Assembly (NCBI GenBank): GCA_039588295.1
Contig: JBDHAB010000001.1
Coordinates: forward strand, 352,001 to 416,000
Source: Gemmatimonadota bacterium
GTDB lineage: Bacteria; Gemmatimonadota; Gemmatimonadetes; Gemmatimonadales; GWC2-71-9
Length of the DNA stretch: 64,000 bases
Reading direction: 5' to 3'
The position numbers were made by a program, and so were the translations under genes. Shown one piece after another: positions 59,370-64,000 of the stretch. Below the pieces are notes generated by a model. That model was not told the DNA's origin and did no database searches. It worked only from the letters and a program-made list of their open reading frames with translations. How positions within the stretch are numbered: position 1 is the stretch's first letter; each line of letters opens with the position of its first letter.

Positions 59370-60035
59370 TCACGGTTGATCCGGCCTGAAGCGTTGAAGA
59401 ATCTGCTGATAGATCGCCTGGTGTCTTGGGAAGTCGGGATCGTTCGAGTTGTGTTCGGCAAAGAAGACATGATACACCCGGTCGTCCACCACGAGCACAT
59501 ACTCCCGCTGCGTCTGGTCGTACATCCAGCGAACCAGCGTCCTGGCCCGATAGGTGCCGAGGGTCGTATCCGACGGCTGGTGCTCCCAGAGATCGCTCAG
59601 ATTGAAATCGGTGAACCACTCGTCAAGTGACAGCCGATTGGGGTTCGGGAGTACTCGGACGGTGAACTCGCCAGGCCACAGCGGTCCCTCGGGTTCGCGG
59701 ATCGTGACCTTGGCGACCTCGCCGGCAATCAAGATCTCACCGGCCCGATACGATCTCTGGTCGCGACGGGGCCTTGCCTGGATGAGATGCCAGCGGCGCG
59801 GGTAGCCGATCTGAAACTGGCCGATCGAGTCGCGCCACGTGGTCCACTGAATCTGCGTCGCATCCAGTACATCCGGCCGAGCTCTCGCAGCCTCGGTGCT
59901 CCGCGCTCCTCCGGCATAGGGGATCGTTCCGCGCCCCGGTGCTCCAAGGAAGAAGCCGTAGAGACACACGAGCGTGACCGGGTGAAGTAGCAGTGAGCGA
60001 ACGCGTCCGGTGTGATCCATCCTCGGGAACCTCAC
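59370..60035 (-). CDS. Exported hypothetical protein (PsbP-like fold possible)
   Basis: N-terminal hydrophobic segment; WTTW...FQIGYP..W and YQQILQRFR motifs. Confidence 0.55.
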   Translation of the reverse strand: MRFPRMDHTGRVRSLLLHPVTLVCLYGFFLGAPGRGTIPYAGGARSTEAARARPDVLDATQIQWTTWRDSIGQFQIGYPRRWHLIQARPRRDQRSYRAGEILIAGEVAKVTIREPEGPLWPGEFTVRVLPNPNRLSLDEWFTDFNLSDLWEHQPSDTTLGTYRARTLVRWMYDQTQREYVLVVDDRVYHVFFAEHNSNDPDFPRHQAIYQQILQRFRPDQP

Positions 60036-60681
60036 CTAACCGATAGGTTACGAGCCAATAATACTCCAGTGACAGCACATCGAGACGCTCGACAATAGGC
60101 GCAAAGGTAGCCTCAAGTTCATCAACCGTTGAGAAATTCTTGAGTACGTGATGCTCGCTGTTGTCGGAGAGTATCCGTCGCTGATATGTGTTGCCATCGT
60201 GGTCTTGGTGTGTAATCGGTGTGGTGCTACCGTCAACATACTGATTGTCCATCATCACCACGAGTGCACCACGTCCCAGCTGGTCATGGAAACGCTGCAA
60301 GAACTGTTGCCTCTCCTGCGTGGGGACATGCGACCACCAGAACCCCGCGAATCCGGCCGTGAACGTTCCGTGACGGAAGGCGAGCTCGTAGGCATCTGCG
60401 AGCGCGAAGCGTACGCGACCTTTGGGATAGGTCTTCGAGCGAGCTGCCGCGATTACGGTGGCGCTCGCGTCGGTGGCCAAAATCGACCTGGCAACGGGGG
60501 CAACGAGCGCGGTCCAGTGACCAGTACCGCAGGCAATCTCGAGGATGTCGTGACCCGTCAATTCTGGTTGCAGCCGACGGGTGAGCGCAGCGAGGTTCTG
60601 CTGACGCTCGGGCTTGTGATAGATGCGCTCGTACTCTGCCACGCGCTGTGTGTAATACGCCAGCAAACGGGTGTCAGCCAT
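59737..60681 (-). CDS. Class I SAM-dependent methyltransferase; domain ends near 60040 but the frame runs on to 59737
   Basis: YY..R..EYERIY, LEIACGTGHWT, FWWSHVP, GNTYQ.R.L, VLKNF, YYW. Confidence 0.8.
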   Translation of the reverse strand: MADTRLLAYYTQRVAEYERIYHKPERQQNLAALTRRLQPELTGHDILEIACGTGHWTALVAPVARSILATDASATVIAAARSKTYPKGRVRFALADAYELAFRHGTFTAGFAGFWWSHVPTQERQQFLQRFHDQLGRGALVVMMDNQYVDGSTTPITHQDHDGNTYQRRILSDNSEHHVLKNFSTVDELEATFAPIVERLDVLSLEYYWLVTYRLGEVPEDGSHRTRSLTATSPGHARVSLRLLPWSTGARNDPLCRRSAEHRGCESSAGCTGCDADSVDHVARLDRPVSDRLPAPLASHPGKAPSRPEIVSGR

Positions 60682-60838
60682 GGCCGGTCTGGTCATTCAT
60701 GATCAGAGTGGAAGGTAGTCACCCGGGCGGGCGCTGAATATGGTTGCGACGGCTAGCCTTACTCCTTGAGAACCATGTCGATGCATATCACTGTCGCCAG
60801 AATGGTCACGTGCTCGCTGCTGTTGCGAGTCTGCTTCA

Positions 60839-60865
60839 TCACCATCGCCAGATTCGAGCGATCAT
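60839..60865 (-). pseudogene. 5' remnant resembling an ABM/dimeric alpha+beta barrel gene
   Basis: GAGGA RBS, then MIARIWRW*. Confidence 0.35.
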
Positions 60866-60893
60866 TCTGACGTCCTCGAGGCGCAACGGCGAT

Positions 60894-61481
60894 CTAGTCG
60901 ATAGTCTCGATGGTAATCCCGTCGTGTATGATGCGGCTTCTGATGAAGTCCCCCCATGCAGTGGCCTGGGTGACGCGAGCGATCATGTGATGCATGATGA
61001 TACCCCCGCCCTCCCGCACCAGGCTTTCTTCCACGTAGAACATGACAAGACTGTAGTAGTGTCGATCGTCGTCGCTTGGGATCGTATACGCGCCTGTGTC
61101 ATAGTGAAAGGCGAGATTGCCGCTCTGGGAGTCTTGCGGAATGGCGAGCTCGGGGCGGAGACCCAAGTACCGTGGACGGTCGATGTCGGAGATGTCGATC
61201 GCGTGGCCATTGCGGAAGACGATGAGTTCGCCGCCGCAGTACATGCCGTTGACGTGGAACTCCTCGATCGTCACGGTGATCGGATCCGAGATTCCTTCCT
61301 GACCGCCGACCTTCACAATGAAGACCGTGTGTGTCTCGGCGGGAATGCTGAGGCCACGCCCTTCGTAGGCGACGTATCCGTGGCCGATGCAGTAGAAACC
61401 GTCGCTGTCGGCATGTGCCGGCGGCACCAGGCCCGCTGTGAGGCCCAGAGCGGCAACGAGGCCGCGCAGTGTGTGATTCAT
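60894..61481 (-). CDS. Secreted hypothetical protein
   Basis: Signal peptide ending AHA; GGAG RBS. Confidence 0.65.
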   Translation of the reverse strand: MNHTLRGLVAALGLTAGLVPPAHADSDGFYCIGHGYVAYEGRGLSIPAETHTVFIVKVGGQEGISDPITVTIEEFHVNGMYCGGELIVFRNGHAIDISDIDRPRYLGLRPELAIPQDSQSGNLAFHYDTGAYTIPSDDDRHYYSLVMFYVEESLVREGGGIIMHHMIARVTQATAWGDFIRSRIIHDGITIETID

Positions 61482-61527
61482 AGCCTACTCCACCCAAATC
61501 CGATGCCGGATGAGTTGACTCGGCTCG

Positions 61528-62217
61528 TTATGGGACCTCGATCTCCTCCGGTCTGCCCGCGCCGGTAACCATGAGCTTCCACGCCGTGACGATGGCGAGC
61601 CCGAACCACAGGAGGTCCCAGGGACTCAACTGCGCGCGGAACAGCTCCACAAATCCGACGGCACCGACGAGTAGATCCGCATACTCGATGGCAACACGCT
61701 CTCGTTCGGCGGCACTCATCTGGGCGGCGTGCTCGGACCCCGCCGCCAGCATCTCCTCCCACAGCGCATCCGGCAGCGTGTCGGTGAAGGAAAGCCCGTC
61801 GAGCTGCTGCTGGATCTCAGTCGGGAAGCCATCGGTCTCACGCATGTTCTGGAGGGCGATTTGTGACATCCACTCCTGGTCGGCCTGAATCTCCTCAACC
61901 AGGGCTGGTTTGGTGCCAACGGTGATGATCAGTGTCTTGCCCGCTGCCAAGCCGGCGGCTGCGAGCAGAGCCGCGAGGACACCCAAGGCTTGGCCGCGGG
62001 CTGGGGTGGCGCGAGACATCGCAAAGCCCACGAGCGCCCCAACGCCCCAGGCCACATAGCCGACCTCGAGGTGGGCGACCAGCACGATTACAGCCCAAAT
62101 CGCCCCCCCCAGAAGCGCGGCAACCGCCCCGGCGATTAGCGCTGGAACGACTCCTTCCTCCGCAATCGCCGCCGTGGAAACCTGAGCGCCCTGGTCCTGA
62201 GGCTGCACGTCCGTCAT
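61528..62217 (-). CDS. Hypothetical membrane protein
   Basis: GGAIWA...GYVAWGVGALVG TMs; DLLWFGLA C-terminal TM. Confidence 0.72.
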   Translation of the reverse strand: MTDVQPQDQGAQVSTAAIAEEGVVPALIAGAVAALLGGAIWAVIVLVAHLEVGYVAWGVGALVGFAMSRATPARGQALGVLAALLAAAGLAAGKTLIITVGTKPALVEEIQADQEWMSQIALQNMRETDGFPTEIQQQLDGLSFTDTLPDALWEEMLAAGSEHAAQMSAAERERVAIEYADLLVGAVGFVELFRAQLSPWDLLWFGLAIVTAWKLMVTGAGRPEEIEVP

Positions 62218-62270
62218 GTGACCCCCTGGCTGAGACGTGGAGGACGGGTGGGTACCCTACGAGCCGGCAG

Positions 62271-62891
62271 CTACCCCTGACGGTGCCCGCGGCGCTCAAA
62301 CTGCCAGATCAGCAGTGACGCCACGGTGGCGCCGGTCAGATTCGCGACCAGGTCCCAACCCGTGTTCAGATAACCCCCTACATTTGTCTCCGGGACCAGC
62401 AATGTCGCTGTGAACTCGATCACTTCATTCAGTGCGCCGAAGCCCATGCCTCCCGCCGCGGCCAGCACGAGCAATCCGAAGGTCGGGGCTGTCTGGGCCC
62501 CACGTCGGCGCAGCGCAGCCCGGAGACCCTGCCAGCAGACCCAGGTCGTCATGCCAAACCCGTACGCGTGAACGACATGGTCGTATTTGAGACGATCCGG
62601 AATCAGCCACAGCGTGTAGAGGACCCTGCTATCGGCACTCACCGGCCAGCCGGGTGGGACCGTGAGCAGGCCACCGGCCATATGCGCGAGTCCCCAAAGA
62701 CTCAGCCCCCAAAGCACCGCTGAGGTCAGTCCAACCTGCCGGTGCACGCTCCACACAACGACGATCAGCACGAGCATGACAGCGATGTAGAAAAGGAACT
62801 CGGTGTTCCCCCGCACCACGGCCCCGACCGCGGCCAGGGAGAGGTATGACGCGGTGAAGGTTGCGACAGGCCACACACGCTGACCGCTCAT
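62271..62891 (-). CDS. DUF2238 (YjdF-like) membrane protein
   Basis: N.EF..Y, HMAGG, YDHVVH, NEVIEF, NTGWDLVAN. Confidence 0.8.
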   Translation of the reverse strand: MSGQRVWPVATFTASYLSLAAVGAVVRGNTEFLFYIAVMLVLIVVVWSVHRQVGLTSAVLWGLSLWGLAHMAGGLLTVPPGWPVSADSRVLYTLWLIPDRLKYDHVVHAYGFGMTTWVCWQGLRAALRRRGAQTAPTFGLLVLAAAGGMGFGALNEVIEFTATLLVPETNVGGYLNTGWDLVANLTGATVASLLIWQFERRGHRQG

Positions 62892-63025
62892 CGTTGACGC
62901 TCACGGGGTCCGACGAAGGCCATGGCAAAGAGGCTGCCAAGGACGAGACATGACACCGTCAGAACACGGTTCGCGCGTTCGAGGCGCCTGAGGCGTACCT
63001 CGAGATCGGGGGCCTTGTGCGGCAT
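62888..63025 (-). CDS. 45-aa coiled-coil + single-TM peptide (not in ORF track)
   Basis: GGAG RBS; MPHKAPDLEVRLRRLERANRVLTVSCLVLGSLFAMAFVGPRERQR*; ATGA overlap with the DUF2238 gene. Confidence 0.55.
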   Translation of the reverse strand: MPHKAPDLEVRLRRLERANRVLTVSCLVLGSLFAMAFVGPRERQR

Positions 63026-63228
63026 TAGCTGACTCCGGCGGAGACGGAAGAGTTGGAGCGCGGCGGGACTCGATCGCCGTCATCCGTGCGTGCGGTGGTC
63101 AATATATGAAGAACACGCCACGCGAGCCGAGAAACGGACTCCACCACGCACCCCCGGTGCGGGGCGCCAGCGGTAGAACGGCGGGGGAGGATGCATGAAC
63201 CTGGACCGCTCCGACCACGGAATCCTGG

Positions 63229-64000
63229 CTAGGCGAGCACGGCATCAAGCCTCGCCCAGTTTGCTGAAACCCATTTGTCGAACGGCTGCATTGCAGGGTA
63301 GAGTGCGCGGCACTCGTCGAGGTCTGCCCTACGATTTGGGATGTACAGGCGGTTGAACTCGAACATGTTGGCGAGATCCTCGGCGCCGGGGAACTCGAAC
63401 GTCGCAAACGTCTCACGCGGGATGTAGTTGTAGACGATCTGCTTGCCCAGGGCATCGGACATCAACTTGGCGTACTCCGCTGGCGGACGATCGTCGCCAA
63501 CGATGCCCACCACTCTGCCTCGGAACTTTGCGGGATCCTTGAAGATGGGAGTGACTACACCGCCGACGTCCTCCACGGCGACCGCAGCCAGCCGCGTGTC
63601 GCCCTGCGGAAATCCGAACGCGTAGGACCCGTCCTCCTGTTTCTGTGGTGGGAAGAACGAGAGGAAGTTCTCGTAGTAGAACGCGACGTGGACAAACGTG
63701 GCGCCGATGTCTTTCCCCCGGGCGTATCGCTCGAGCCGCGCCTTGATGTCGAAGTGCGGAACTTCCAGTTTCTGACCGCTCAAGTCATAGGCGTCGGGAA
63801 GCGTGCTCAACACGAGATGGGAAACGTTGGAATCAGCCACCGCGTCGATCAAGTGCTTGCCATGCTGCGCCTCGCGGTCGAAGTGCTCCCAGAAGTTGGT
63901 GACGCCAAATACCCCCTCACATCCTGCGAGGGCGGTGTCGAGACTCGAGCGATCGTCCAGGTCTCCTTGGATGACGTCGGCGCCGATCGCCGCCAGCGCC
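63229..64000 (-). CDS. NmrA/HSCARG family protein; 5' partial
   Basis: Frame is open to the window end (GDLDD, GVFGVTNFWEH, PHFDIK, AFYYENF). Confidence 0.9.
   Translation of the reverse strand, partial: ALAAIGADVIQGDLDDRSSLDTALAGCEGVFGVTNFWEHFDREAQHGKHLIDAVADSNVSHLVLSTLPDAYDLSGQKLEVPHFDIKARLERYARGKDIGATFVHVAFYYENFLSFFPPQKQEDGSYAFGFPQGDTRLAAVAVEDVGGVVTPIFKDPAKFRGRVVGIVGDDRPPAEYAKLMSDALGKQIVYNYIPRETFATFEFPGAEDLANMFEFNRLYIPNRRADLDECRALYPAMQPFDKWVSANWARLDAVLA

Noticed and set aside
62901..63083. 60-aa ORF in the track
   Set aside because: Low-complexity with no RBS; the alternate-frame 45-aa ORF is better supported.
33697..64000. Integron cassette array
   Set aside because: No recurring RYYYAAC...GTTRRRY attC structures in the spacers examined and no intI; one GTTAGGT is not enough.

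Overview
High-GC bacterial chromosomal segment, most consistent with Gemmatimonadota; this is an inference from gene families and style, not proven. The left half (1-30 kb) is mainly + strand core and metabolic genes: an Ig/TolB-like protein, gyrA, threonine dehydratase, a REC-GAF-GGDEF cyclase, a Ser/Thr kinase, NAD-salvage genes, a class V aminotransferase with serA, leuS, and an ECF sigma/anti-sigma/PDZ triad. From about 33.7 kb to the end, nearly all genes are short, unrelated accessory or stress genes on the - strand, with several gene remnants between them. No rRNA, tRNA, CRISPR array, transposase or integrase was recognised. The main items not shown by the ORF track are: (i) an apparently leaderless 35-aa leader peptide with five Trp codons and a 21-bp hairpin upstream of a stand-alone trpB2; (ii) a shared ECF-type promoter motif TGCRACC-N15-GCATCTA upstream of the first ECF sigma and of a small orphan ORF 24 kb away; (iii) a terminator-like hairpin inside the predicted gyrA 5' UTR; (iv) small unannotated genes (an Arc/RHH regulator and a 45-aa membrane peptide) and a homopolymer frameshift. 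A four-gene ECF sigma module whose anti-sigma and putative outer-membrane partner both carry glycogen-binding (CBM48-like) domains also stands out.
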